52,903 bases of DNA, from IMG/VR virus record IMGVR_UViG_3300044610_000678, positions 1 through 52,903 of that record; one strand, written 5' to 3'. Positions 10,316 to 19,928 of the stretch are shown here, in pieces (within the stretch, counting starts at the first letter, position 1; every line of letters begins with the position of its first letter). The stretch comes from a virus. Lineage: Duplodnaviria; Caudoviricetes. Both the position numbers and the translations under genes were made by a program. The notes under the pieces are model-generated. The model had not been told where the DNA came from and made no database searches. It saw nothing but the letters and a program-made list of their open reading frames with translations.

Positions 10316-11736
10316 GCCCCATTGAATCGATCCTGTTTGATCTCCCCGAAGGCCAAGGGGGAGTGAAAGTTTTTCGCGGAACTTCCGGTGTCGGAAAAAC
10401 CACCGCCTTGCGAGCCCTCAGTGGCCTGATCGGAGATAAAGATTCGTTGGGAGATCTTGCCCCCTACGATGGCTCGGATCGTGGGGAGGTATCTGGACTA
10501 GGACGGTCTTTGAAAATCTCCCAGCGGGTCAGTGCCGCTGGGGCCTCGAGCGTACCGCATCTTGCGGGCAAGCTCGATGTTTCGATGTTGGTCGACCCCA
10601 AACTCATCGACCCTTGTGCTCGAACTAAGGCCAGAGTCCGATGCCTTGTCTCTCTGGGAGGCCAGAAGCTTAGTCCCGAACAACTTCTTGGCAGCGACTA
10701 CGAAAAGTATTCGCAGAAGATCGACATCGATGCTTTGCGAGACTCCGACGACCCGGTTGCCATGGCAGACAAAATCAAACGCTCGCTCGAACGCTATGCT
10801 ATCGAAGTGGAGCGGGAATCTGACCGCTGTGCGGGTATGGCCACCGCCAAACGTCAAGAAGCAGGAGACATCGAGTCGCTCCATAGCGGTCCTGAGTACA
10901 AAGATGCCATTACGCTCCACCGACAAGCCATGCTCTGTGTAAGCGATGCCAAACGCCGCCGCGAACAATTTCGGCAGGCCTCTGTGCAGAATGCCAATCT
11001 TCGACAGCAAATCGACCAGCTCGAGCAACAAGACTTTGACGTTTCAGCTATCGAAGCAGATATGCTTGCCCAGAGTCGAATCGTCGAGGGTCTCAAGGAA
11101 CGCCTCCAAAGTGCTCAAATTGCCCTGGCCCAGAAGCAAAGCAGGCTTGAAGAGTCCAAGCGTCATACGGCCACTCTCGAACAACTTCGCCGCAGTCTTA
11201 GCGACCCCGGCCAAGACATTCCTGACGAGGTTCTCACCAGTCTTGAGCAAGCCGAGCAGAAAGCCTTGGAATCCCTCAGCCAAGCAAGCTTGCTTACCAC
11301 TCGGAAAGCAGCGCTACAGCAATCGATCGACTTTCAGCACCAATCCGCAGACCTTGCCGAGGAAGCCTCTGAGGTTCGCGCTGTGGCGATTGCCGTCCAA
11401 GCGGAAGTTCAAAAAGCACTCCCCTCAGGCCCCATCGAAGTCCAAGACGGCAAGCTTGTGGTAGACTACCAAAAGCGAGGGAAGGTGATTCCCTTCGAAG
11501 AACTCTCTACCGGACAAAAGTGGAAAGTTGCCATGGAGTACGCTGTTGCTGCCGTTGGAGAGGGTGGAGTGATTCCGCTTTCCCAGGAAGCTTGGCAAGC
11601 TTTAGGGCCAGACCTCAAAGACTCCATCGCCCAGCAATGCCGAGACGCGAAAGTCTGGCTAGTGACCGGGGAGGTGGCCGACGGGGAATTGAGGGTGGAG
11701 GAGTATGTAACTGTTTCGGCGATTTCGGATATCTGA
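10288..11736 (+). CDS. SMC/Rad50-like ABC-type ATPase with coiled coil
   Basis: N-terminal VELKSVGPI and Walker A GTSGVGKT, a central Q/E/A-rich coiled coil, ABC signature LSTGQK and a degenerate Walker B (IPLSQE). Confidence 0.75.
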   Translation: MSTVELKSVGPIESILFDLPEGQGGVKVFRGTSGVGKTTALRALSGLIGDKDSLGDLAPYDGSDRGEVSGLGRSLKISQRVSAAGASSVPHLAGKLDVSMLVDPKLIDPCARTKARVRCLVSLGGQKLSPEQLLGSDYEKYSQKIDIDALRDSDDPVAMADKIKRSLERYAIEVERESDRCAGMATAKRQEAGDIESLHSGPEYKDAITLHRQAMLCVSDAKRRREQFRQASVQNANLRQQIDQLEQQDFDVSAIEADMLAQSRIVEGLKERLQSAQIALAQKQSRLEESKRHTATLEQLRRSLSDPGQDIPDEVLTSLEQAEQKALESLSQASLLTTRKAALQQSIDFQHQSADLAEEASEVRAVAIAVQAEVQKALPSGPIEVQDGKLVVDYQKRGKVIPFEELSTGQKWKVAMEYAVAAVGEGGVIPLSQEAWQALGPDLKDSIAQQCRDAKVWLVTGEVADGELRVEEYVTVSAISDI

Positions 11737-11753
11737 TTCGCAGGATCCAATCG

Positions 11754-12155
11754 ATGCCTAAAATACGAGGGTATTAAAGTATAGTTCAGTATTGCCCCGA
11801 TCTCGCGCGACGCGAAGTCGTAAACATTGGCGTAGTGTTATTCGTGGGCGAAAAGTCGCATTTGCGAGTCCGTCTCTGTGAACACAATCGACTTGTAAAG
11901 CAGTTTTTCGGAACAGATACCGATGGATTTAATAATCTCAACGATTTCAAAAAGAGCTTTAAGCACCGCATTGAATTCGAGCAGGATCGGATTGATTCAC
12001 TGGAGCGATTCGAGTATTTCGCAGGCTCTCGGGGAAACCAGCTTCCGTCAACTCACCCTGCGTTCGTCAAAGTAGGAGACTGTCAGTCAACTCTTGACGA
12101 GCTATACGAACGCTTAGTCGAGTTGCCACCTGACTCGCTGCAAAAAGGCATTTAG
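11754..12155 (+). pseudogene. DUF3037-family gene with a premature stop
   Basis: Reads MPKIRGY*SIVQYCPDLARREVVNIGVVLF; the TAA at 11775-11777 is in frame with ORF 11835..12155. Confidence 0.75.
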
Positions 12156-12205
12156 ATCGGCCTATTTAGGTAGCAAGTTGTACCTCCTGATCTCTCACTG
12201 CTACC

Positions 12206-12430
12206 TTGACTACCATGAACCGAGCCAGCCCGTTTCCCCATGCCGATACGAATAATCATATTTCGATTGCTTTGAAAGCCTACCGCGATTCGCTCCTATG
12301 CACAGACTCTGAGCTGATTCAATTTGGCCGCGACAAGGCCGCAAAGCATCTATGGCTTGCTCTAGGGATTTATCCCACGTACGCAAGATCGCAGTGGAGG
12401 AGTCTCAGGCCCGCTCGCGTCAAAGCCTAA
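12206..12430 (+). CDS. Small hypothetical protein
   Basis: 74-aa ORF in the same orientation as its neighbours; no motif recognised. Confidence 0.3.
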   Translation: MTTMNRASPFPHADTNNHISIALKAYRDSLLCTDSELIQFGRDKAAKHLWLALGIYPTYARSQWRSLRPARVKA

Positions 12431-12619
12431 GGGAATAAGGGCGATGGAATTCAAAAGGCTCGGCTCCTTAGCGTTTGAAGTTGGATACCCATTCTTGTTA
12501 GGCTTGAACTCCAGCAAGGCAGCTTGCATGCACTTGATGCAGAAGGATCTGTTTCTTTGGCTCTAGGGGTAAATCTCTAGGGCCATTTTCATTGACGATT
12601 CGTCGAGCGAAACCGAGCT

Positions 12620-13297
12620 ATGGAAGTAAGCAGACGAGATGCCCAGGAGCAGGCATTGGACGAAGCTCTAGCCCTCGTATGGAGCCAGTGGACCTCGGTC
12701 GTCGATCCAAGTCTCCTTACCGAAGCAGCTTTAATCGAACTCCTAAGGATCCATTGCTACGGGAGTCTCTACGGTGTATGGTTCTCGGCCTACAGGAACA
12801 TCATCGAAGATCTCGGACGCCAAGCACAGCAGCAAACGCCCTTGGCTGCCTTCGCGCTTTTCTTTTTTGCATGGTCAAAGGATATCGCTAAGCGCTGGCA
12901 ACAACGAGTCGCAGATTACCAGGTTGAACGAATCGTCAGTGCCCAAAGTAGGCCAGCGGTCGTTGGACAGCAGGATGCCAGAGTTCTTGCGCAATCGGGC
13001 ATTGCTCCTCCATGGCCCTTTGCCAAGGAGATCATTGTTGCTCCGGAGGACACCAAGCGGGAATCGGTAACGGCAGTCACGCAAGTTCATACGCACGGGG
13101 AGTTGCAAGCGGTGAGAGTCATCGGCCCGTATGCTGGCGACCTAGTGCCGATCTGGCGAACGGAACTGCGAGCATGCAAGAGTTGCGCTGAACTCGAAGG
13201 AACCGGCCCTGATGTTTGGAAAAGGGTTTCGCCCACAGGCCCCCCAATGCACCCGAACTGTCGATGCTGGCTTGAGTGGATTCGCTGGGAGCCATAG
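12620..13297 (+). CDS. Phage head morphogenesis protein (SPP1 gp7/MuF-like)
   Basis: C-terminal WRTELRACKSCAELEG...GPPMHPNCRCWL signature. Confidence 0.85.
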   Translation: MEVSRRDAQEQALDEALALVWSQWTSVVDPSLLTEAALIELLRIHCYGSLYGVWFSAYRNIIEDLGRQAQQQTPLAAFALFFFAWSKDIAKRWQQRVADYQVERIVSAQSRPAVVGQQDARVLAQSGIAPPWPFAKEIIVAPEDTKRESVTAVTQVHTHGELQAVRVIGPYAGDLVPIWRTELRACKSCAELEGTGPDVWKRVSPTGPPMHPNCRCWLEWIRWEP

Positions 13298-13357
13298 CAG
13301 CTTTTTGAATTGTGCGATCGAAATCGGCATAGTGAAGCGAATCCAAGGAGATCAATC

Positions 13358-13546
13358 ATGGCCAACGGGCAAATGGGCAAGAGAATCAGCGAAGAAACCA
13401 AAATCTCGGCGCTAAAGCTGATCGCGAAGGGAAATTCTGTTCCGCAAGTAGCTGTTAGGCTCGGGGTATCCCAGTCGGTGATCAGGAACTGGATCAGGGA
13501 AAGCGGTATGAAGCCCCACAGTGGTGCCGTGGAAAACCAGTCGTGA
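13358..13546 (+). CDS. Small helix-turn-helix protein
   Basis: ISEETKISALKLIAKGNSVPQVAVRLGVSQSVIRNWIR, with AAGGAG before ATG 13358. Confidence 0.7.
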   Translation: MANGQMGKRISEETKISALKLIAKGNSVPQVAVRLGVSQSVIRNWIRESGMKPHSGAVENQS

Positions 13547-13642
13547 AAATGAACGACAGCTCACCCACCAGAAGCAATGATTGACAATACTTTCCGTTAA
13601 AAACCGTTTCTGACTACGGGGGCCTGCGGCATACTGCTTCTA

Positions 13643-16600
13643 TTACCCTTGAGTAAACGCCTGCTTGAGCTGTTGGTACGTTTGCTCCATCCATTCGTCC
13701 AATTGGCATCCGTTATCTACAAGTGTTTTTAGAACCGTATAGCAAGCACCAAGACATTGGCCACCTAGATTATCTTCCCCTATCAATCGAGATTTTTCGT
13801 ATGCTCGTATTGCAGTAATCGCAGCAGTTCTGCCCAGGAAAAGATTTCCAGGATTGAATTGATGCAGGTTTAGGGCAATTTCAAGGGCTTGAATCTGTAA
13901 CGCGAGCGAATTCTTTTTTGCATCGTCGCTTTCTGTACTTCCAAGAATGTCCGATAGTCTCCCCAGTGAAACTAGTAGGTCGCGGAGTGCCTGGGCCGAA
14001 TTGGGGTTCGCCTCGGCAATCTGCCTTCGGATATCGAGCGACTCTTGAAAGTGCCCCAGAGCCAATTCAGCGTCTCCAGACTTGCCTCGCGCAAGATAAA
14101 AATCACCAAGTTTGTTTAGCGACACGCTCAGGTCGCGTAGTGCCTGGGCCGAATTGGGGTTCGCCTCGGCAATCTGCCTTCGGATATCGAGCGACTCTTG
14201 AAAGTGCCCCAGAGCCAATTCAGCGTCTCCAGACTTGCCTCGCGCAAGATAGAAGCTTCCCTGGTCTGTCAACGCAGCAGAAAACAGGCGACTGGCTTCT
14301 TGATCCGCTTTATTCTTTTCGTAGGAAAACCGCTGACATCGAACAAACTGATCCGTTAACCGCTGCGCATTTGCAATCGACCCAGTGGTCAGTTCGGCTT
14401 CGCCAAGAACTCCGCAACCGACCGCAAAAGTCAATTCTTTCGGGTAGCCTCTTGCTAGATGTATCGCGTTATCTCCGAAGGGTCGCATTACCCAAAGGAT
14501 TGAAGGATCATGCCGCCATCGATCTTCAAGATCTTTTTGCTTCTTATCAAAAACCTCAGCGACATTTTTCACCGCTTGCGAATGAGACGATTCATCCATG
14601 CGTTTTTGCACATGCGCAGCAACAAGTCGGTGGATTTTTGCAACAGCCGGAACACTGAATCTAGGTTGTGGTTCACCCTCTTTGATCACCGGTCGCTCTG
14701 CGCTCTCAGTGAGTAGCCTAAGGCCACTGAGTTGTCTCCAAACTTTAGCCCACTCGTCGGGCTTGGAAACGTCCTTTCGAGGTAACATTGCATCTTCGAA
14801 TAGAGGTTCGAGCACTTGGCGTATTTGCTCTGGAATACCTTCGAATTGAGTACGCATGGTTCGAATAAACTCAGGTGCATGAATTGGATCATCTAGCAAA
14901 TGAAACTGAAAGAGTCCAGAATTTTCGGCATCGGAACTGAGCAATTCTTTAAGCACTCCAACGGCTTTTTCTCGTGCTACTTCAACGTCTCGAAGCTCAG
15001 GATAGTTCTTGGAAGCGATTTCCCTGAGCCAATCCATGATCACGGAATCAGGTTCTAGTATGGCAGCATGATCTAAGACGAATCGAGCTCGCTCATCTAG
15101 TTTGCTCAAGGTCCAATCGGTTACGATTGAAAGCTGCTTCTCTCGATGCCGAACATGAGGAGAGACACCATCCAAGGCAAGGGCTTCTTCGGCTGTTGAT
15201 ATTCCCTCCTTCGCGAGTCTAGCACAATAGTCGTTGGGATCTACCTCTGGATGTTCTGCTAAGAACGCACCAACGATTTCTACTGCAAGGGTAAAGCAAC
15301 CAAGTTCCTCGCAGAGCCTCTTTACACCTTCTTCGTACTGGGGTGATGGAAACTGCTGGTTGGGCTGAAAATCCCTTATCAGTGCAATCGCATCATCGAT
15401 TGGCAGAGAATCCACTGCGATGGGTCTTAGATCTTTACCTACCCCGAATTTCTCTGGATCGAGTCTCGTGGTTACTACCAGCTCAAACCATTCGGATTGC
15501 GGTAGAAACTTGAGTTGCTCGGCGGAAACCAATTCCGGATGATCGACGTTATCAAAAATCACAAGCGCCCTTGGATACAACTCAGGCAGGTTCACTTCGC
15601 TGCTCATGCGATCCTTATCCTGCCGTAGCTTCGCCATGATTCGCTCGGCGTTTTGTTCCATATAACGCTCTAATTGCAGTAGAACAAAACCGATCGTCTG
15701 ATCAGGATCGTTCTGGACGTCCTGTGGAACATCGAAACGAAGCTCTGCTTGACCTGCCAATCGCATCAGAGCGTCTGCTAAAGAGCTCACACCTTCGCAG
15801 GGAACCAGCCAGCGGCCACCTGCTGCATAGAAGTCGGCATAGGCGTGAGCGTACTGAACCGCCAAAGCAGTTTTCCCTTGACCGCCAAGGCCATGTACAG
15901 CGGTTACCACGCCGACTTTATCGCTGATAAGCGATTGGTGGAGTTCTCGTAGTTCACGGTGCCTACCCACGAAATGAGGGTACGTTCTCCCCAAGCTGCG
16001 CCGTCCCGGAGCAAGATCGGCAAGTAAGCATCTATCGAGCCTCGTTGCGATATGCTCATCCATAGACTTAAGCCGTTCTGCCAGGTCAACGATTTTCTCC
16101 TTATCCGATTGGGGATCGGCTCGAAGCTGATCGAGCCGTTCGGAAGCATCGAGCTCTGCAAGAATTTGTGGACCTTTACTGAACCAGGGTTGCAGGACAA
16201 ATGTTGCCCTCGGATTCAGAGCGTTGGCTTGATCGAGGTAATTGTTTCTCCTTCGAAATTCCTCGGAGACCATATCTAGCCAACGTGCGATTTCTTGATC
16301 GGCCCTTAGCTCTCTTTCAAGGGCTTGAACTTTGCCTTCGTCATAATCAGGCAGCTTGCTGATCCCAGGCATCCCTGGAACAATCTCAAAAAAGACCGTG
16401 CGAATCCCATCGTCACCCCTGGCCAGGGAGTGCTCTCTACGAAGGTACTCTTCCCACTCCCATCGGCAGTTCTTTGAACGCATGTAGTTCGGGGATAGAA
16501 AAGCCAAGAATAGATTCGATGTTCGAAGGCCCTGTCCTAGCCTTGCCTTCCAATCACTACCGTTCTCGATTGCCTCGGTGTCAAAGAAAATCCTCAGCTC

Positions 16601-16735
16601 TCTGCCGGTGTAGAGCTTGTGCTGCTTTTGAAGGCGGTTGTAGAAGGCAGTAATCCATCCTTCGGAACTGCCACCCTGGGGCTTGTTGTCCAAACGGGAA
16701 TAAGAAAAAAACAGATGGTGAGTCTGGTGGGGCAT
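13643..16735 (-). CDS. TIR - NB-ARC (STAND NTPase) - TPR protein, NLR-like
   Basis: TIR motifs LFFSYSRLD, IFFD and FLSPNYMRSKNCRWEW; NTPase motifs FVGRHREL, GLGGQGKT and LVIFDNVD; C-terminal TPRs (RDLSVSLNKLGD). Confidence 0.88.
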   Translation of the reverse strand: MPHQTHHLFFSYSRLDNKPQGGSSEGWITAFYNRLQKQHKLYTGRELRIFFDTEAIENGSDWKARLGQGLRTSNLFLAFLSPNYMRSKNCRWEWEEYLRREHSLARGDDGIRTVFFEIVPGMPGISKLPDYDEGKVQALERELRADQEIARWLDMVSEEFRRRNNYLDQANALNPRATFVLQPWFSKGPQILAELDASERLDQLRADPQSDKEKIVDLAERLKSMDEHIATRLDRCLLADLAPGRRSLGRTYPHFVGRHRELRELHQSLISDKVGVVTAVHGLGGQGKTALAVQYAHAYADFYAAGGRWLVPCEGVSSLADALMRLAGQAELRFDVPQDVQNDPDQTIGFVLLQLERYMEQNAERIMAKLRQDKDRMSSEVNLPELYPRALVIFDNVDHPELVSAEQLKFLPQSEWFELVVTTRLDPEKFGVGKDLRPIAVDSLPIDDAIALIRDFQPNQQFPSPQYEEGVKRLCEELGCFTLAVEIVGAFLAEHPEVDPNDYCARLAKEGISTAEEALALDGVSPHVRHREKQLSIVTDWTLSKLDERARFVLDHAAILEPDSVIMDWLREIASKNYPELRDVEVAREKAVGVLKELLSSDAENSGLFQFHLLDDPIHAPEFIRTMRTQFEGIPEQIRQVLEPLFEDAMLPRKDVSKPDEWAKVWRQLSGLRLLTESAERPVIKEGEPQPRFSVPAVAKIHRLVAAHVQKRMDESSHSQAVKNVAEVFDKKQKDLEDRWRHDPSILWVMRPFGDNAIHLARGYPKELTFAVGCGVLGEAELTTGSIANAQRLTDQFVRCQRFSYEKNKADQEASRLFSAALTDQGSFYLARGKSGDAELALGHFQESLDIRRQIAEANPNSAQALRDLSVSLNKLGDFYLARGKSGDAELALGHFQESLDIRRQIAEANPNSAQALRDLLVSLGRLSDILGSTESDDAKKNSLALQIQALEIALNLHQFNPGNLFLGRTAAITAIRAYEKSRLIGEDNLGGQCLGACYTVLKTLVDNGCQLDEWMEQTYQQLKQAFTQG
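13986..14251. repeat. Tandem TPR duplication with a 153-bp period and a 113-bp identical core
   Basis: 13986-14098 is identical to 14139-14251; the unit is 51 aa. Confidence 0.92.
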
Positions 16736-16755
16736 ATTGGGCTCTACAACTTGGC

Positions 16756-16761
16756 ATTATA
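16756..16761 (-). promoter_or_regulatory. Putative -10 box (TATAAT) for the TIR-STAND gene
   Basis: Perfect TATAAT on the minus strand about 20 nt upstream of the ATG; the -35 match is weak. Confidence 0.4.
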
Positions 16762-16862
16762 CGTTTCGGGGGTTGCTAGTCTTGAAAGTATAACAGAGCC
16801 AAACTCAGACGGTTTGAACCCTGCTTTCAAGTTTTCGAGCATAGCGTCCAAGGAGACACCCC

Positions 16863-18485
16863 TTGGACCGCACAACACTAAGCCTCGACCAAATCAAATC
16901 CCTCCTTCCTGGTCTACCGAACCGGGAAGGCTTTTCGGACCGTCTGTATTTGTGCAAAACCGGGCCACTTACCGGGCAATTTGCACAAGACACGCTCTGG
17001 GAACCGGCCATCGACGAGCAATCGATGACTGTCCGAATGAGGATCAGCACCGCCGAGCTAGATCGTGTCAACCACGTTGTTGACCAAGACGGTATCGAGA
17101 CCGACTTCTACCAAGACAACCCCGTGGTTCTCTTTGGCCACGGAATGGAAGGGATCACCCTACCGGTTGCTGTCTCCGAGGATGCCGACGGAATTCTCAC
17201 CATCACCCGAGAGTCCGATGGCACGTATGCCGTAGCGCATCATCTCTCTCGCAACAAACTCAGCTCCCAGTTCTTTGATCTGGTTGTCCAGAAATTCCTT
17301 CGCTCTTCCTCGATAGGAATCACCCCAACGCGATGCTCCAAGGGATACGACACCCAAGGCCAAGAGATTCTTTTTATCGATCAGGGACAGCTCAACGAGT
17401 GGAGCTACTGCACGATCGGAATCAACCCTGGCGCAAGGATCGTCAAATCCCAAGAGAAACTCAGGGAACATCTTGATTTGCAGTCTGAAGCCGCAAGTCG
17501 CATTCTGCAAGCCGACCGCTTGGATGGCTGCTCGATTCACCCGCTGATTCGAAAGAGTCTGCAAGCGAGTCTTGCCACCAAGGTTTCCTCGCCGGGCATC
17601 GGCCAGAAAGTCCAAACAAATCCTATGCCACTAAAAAGACTCACCACCGAAGAGATTCAGGGATTGAAACTCAAGTCCCTTGCCAAGTGCATGATGGAAC
17701 TCTCGGAATACGACGAACCCACTCAGATTCTGCTCAAGGCAGCCTGGGACTATTACCCCGATGATCCTTCGATGCTTGGAGCCTCAGGCCCAGGTCCTGT
17801 GCCTAATCCGATGATGCAGCCACCAGCCGGTGGAGTTCCCCCGGTACCCGGAGGGTATGGGCCTAGTAGTATGCCGGGGCCTAGTGCAGCGGAGATGCAA
17901 AGCGATGAAGCTGCAATACTCGAAGACGACACGCCCCTTGGGGCCAAGGTGATGCGATCGATCTACGAGAACATCCTCAATCTGATCGAGGTTTCAACCA
18001 AGTCGCTGGCTCCAGTGGAATTCACCGAAGTCAAAGATGCCACCACGGAACTGCTTGACGAACTTCGGGGCATTGCAACGAGCATGGAAGGGCTTTTCTC
18101 CAGGCACTACCCGGACCAGACGGGCTTAGCATCGATCCCCGGCGAACCTACCGAAGATGCCGTCAAGAGTTTCCTTGCATCGAGCACCCGAGGCAAAGAT
18201 CAGCTTCAAGGATTAGCGGCGCGAATCGACATGGTGGCCAAGGGGGTAAGCCGAAGCTCCATGCAGATTAGCAGTCCGCATCTGAGGTTGCTAACCCAAT
18301 CGGTCAGTGACCTACAACGCTTGGGCGCTGCGGCCAAGGCATTTAAGGTTCCTGAGAAAAAGACCGAGCCTGCTGCGATCGATCAGCAGAGAGTTGCCGA
18401 AGAGTTTGCGGCTCTGCAAACCCAGTTTGCATCGCTAGTCGAAGCACTAGGTTCGATTCCGATGCCCATTCAAACACCCCAATGA
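16863..18485 (+). CDS. Prohead protease (HK97-like) with a C-terminal scaffold-like region
   Basis: Has ISTAELDRVNHVVDQDG, NPVVLFGH, LRSSSIG and LNEWSYCTIGINPGA, then a Pro/Gly linker and helical tail. AAGGAG precedes the TTG start. Confidence 0.85.
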   Translation: MDRTTLSLDQIKSLLPGLPNREGFSDRLYLCKTGPLTGQFAQDTLWEPAIDEQSMTVRMRISTAELDRVNHVVDQDGIETDFYQDNPVVLFGHGMEGITLPVAVSEDADGILTITRESDGTYAVAHHLSRNKLSSQFFDLVVQKFLRSSSIGITPTRCSKGYDTQGQEILFIDQGQLNEWSYCTIGINPGARIVKSQEKLREHLDLQSEAASRILQADRLDGCSIHPLIRKSLQASLATKVSSPGIGQKVQTNPMPLKRLTTEEIQGLKLKSLAKCMMELSEYDEPTQILLKAAWDYYPDDPSMLGASGPGPVPNPMMQPPAGGVPPVPGGYGPSSMPGPSAAEMQSDEAAILEDDTPLGAKVMRSIYENILNLIEVSTKSLAPVEFTEVKDATTELLDELRGIATSMEGLFSRHYPDQTGLASIPGEPTEDAVKSFLASSTRGKDQLQGLAARIDMVAKGVSRSSMQISSPHLRLLTQSVSDLQRLGAAAKAFKVPEKKTEPAAIDQQRVAEEFAALQTQFASLVEALGSIPMPIQTPQ

Positions 18486-18630
18486 CCTTATTCCCCGATG
18501 CGCTGGTACGGGGCCAAGTTCTTGCGTGCCAAAGCAGCGGCCACGGATTGCAGAACTTTCCTTGTAGCGCATCGGGGATTTTCCAAAACACTTTGCTTGC
18601 TTGTAGAACAGACACACCGGGAGCACCACG

Positions 18631-19887
18631 ATGAGTACCGCTTTGTTAGAGGGCATGGCCGATCTGAAAAAACGGATGGAAGAGATCGGCAACACGGTCA
18701 AAGGGGGGATCGATGCATTCCGTCTCAACGAAGAGACCAACTCCCTTTCCTACTTCGAATCGGAACTCGAAGAGCCTCAAATGGTTCCCGGTAAACTCAA
18801 GCCCCTTCGCAAAGGGCGGTTCTTCAAGCGACCCAAGAACTACCAGTACGAGTTCAAGTCCTTCTCCGACTTCATGCGGATTGGTTTTAAGGACCCCGTG
18901 CTTTTCAGCGAAAAACATGCCAAGGCCATGAACGTTTGGAAGGCGGCCAATTCGATCAACACCCTCGATAGCGAATCGGCTGGGGCACTGGTCTTACCCG
19001 AGTTTGCACCCGAAATCGCATCGATCCTTTACGACAACGATATCCTTAGCCGAACCAATCAGTTTACCATCAGCGGTAACCGGATGGAGTTCCCTAAGAT
19101 GCAAGAAGCATCGCGGGCCGACGGTGCCCGAACCGGTGGTATCCTGGGCTACTGGATTGAAGAAGGGGATCTGGCAAGTGCGACTCGTCCACAGATCCAA
19201 GGAACCGAACTCAAACTCAAAAAGCTCTGCGTCGTGGTCTATCTGACCCAGGAGCTTATCGACGACAACAGCTACGCTCTGGAGCAATGGGTTCGCCAAG
19301 CCGTCCAGCGAGAATTGACTTTCATGATTGGCGATTCGATCTTCAATGGTGCCGGGGGTGGCAGGCCACTTGGAATCTTCAACTCGCCAGTAACCGTTCA
19401 GGTCGCCGCCGAAGCAGGACAAGCCGCTGGAACCATCATTGCGCAGAACATTTTGAAAATGTATGCCCGTCGTCGATACGGCCAACCGGTCAACTCCTAC
19501 GCCTGGTTCATCAATCAAGACTGCGAGCCGCAGCTCAATACGATGACCCTCGGTAGCGGTGGTCAAAACGGCGTGGTCTATCTTCCTCCAGGTGGTCTGA
19601 GTGTAACCCCGTATGCGACCCTCATGGGCCTTCCGGTGATTCCCACCGAGTTCAATTCCGTACTAGGAGCCGTTGGAGATATCTGCCTTGGGAACCTTGG
19701 CAATTACCTAACGATCAACAAAGGTGGCGTTCAGGAACTGGCTTCTCAGCATGTGGAGTTTCTTCGCGAACAGGTGGCCATCAAGTTTACCTTTCGGGTC
19801 GATGGCAGGCCCTTGTACGACCGCCCAACGGTGCCCAAGAACAGCACCAATGCGCAGTCGGACTTCATGGTTCTTGCGGCACGCTAG
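18631..19887 (+). CDS. Major capsid protein, HK97 fold
   Basis: Has GALVLPEF, WIEEG, TQELIDD, IFNGAGGGRPLGI, TLMGLPV and FRVDGRP. Confidence 0.95.
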   Translation: MSTALLEGMADLKKRMEEIGNTVKGGIDAFRLNEETNSLSYFESELEEPQMVPGKLKPLRKGRFFKRPKNYQYEFKSFSDFMRIGFKDPVLFSEKHAKAMNVWKAANSINTLDSESAGALVLPEFAPEIASILYDNDILSRTNQFTISGNRMEFPKMQEASRADGARTGGILGYWIEEGDLASATRPQIQGTELKLKKLCVVVYLTQELIDDNSYALEQWVRQAVQRELTFMIGDSIFNGAGGGRPLGIFNSPVTVQVAAEAGQAAGTIIAQNILKMYARRRYGQPVNSYAWFINQDCEPQLNTMTLGSGGQNGVVYLPPGGLSVTPYATLMGLPVIPTEFNSVLGAVGDICLGNLGNYLTINKGGVQELASQHVEFLREQVAIKFTFRVDGRPLYDRPTVPKNSTNAQSDFMVLAAR

Positions 19888-19928
19888 TCAATCACTCTTT
19901 GGATCTCATGCAGTAGAGAGAATCAGCA

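Noticed and set aside
11775-11777. Stop-codon reassignment
   Set aside because: This is one isolated TAA; TAA, TAG and TGA all end well-packed genes elsewhere in the window.
13986-14251. Possible CRISPR array or DGR template/variable repeat pair
   Set aside because: There are only two long in-frame coding copies, the cores are identical with no adenine-specific differences, and the window has no cas or reverse transcriptase gene.
13918-14658. 246-aa plus-strand ORF with an internal repeat
   Set aside because: It is the antisense shadow of the TPR duplication in the TIR-STAND gene.
18498-18794. ORF bridging the protease and capsid genes
   Set aside because: It is out of frame and overlaps the capsid start, which has its own GGGAG ribosome-binding site; no slippery site was seen.
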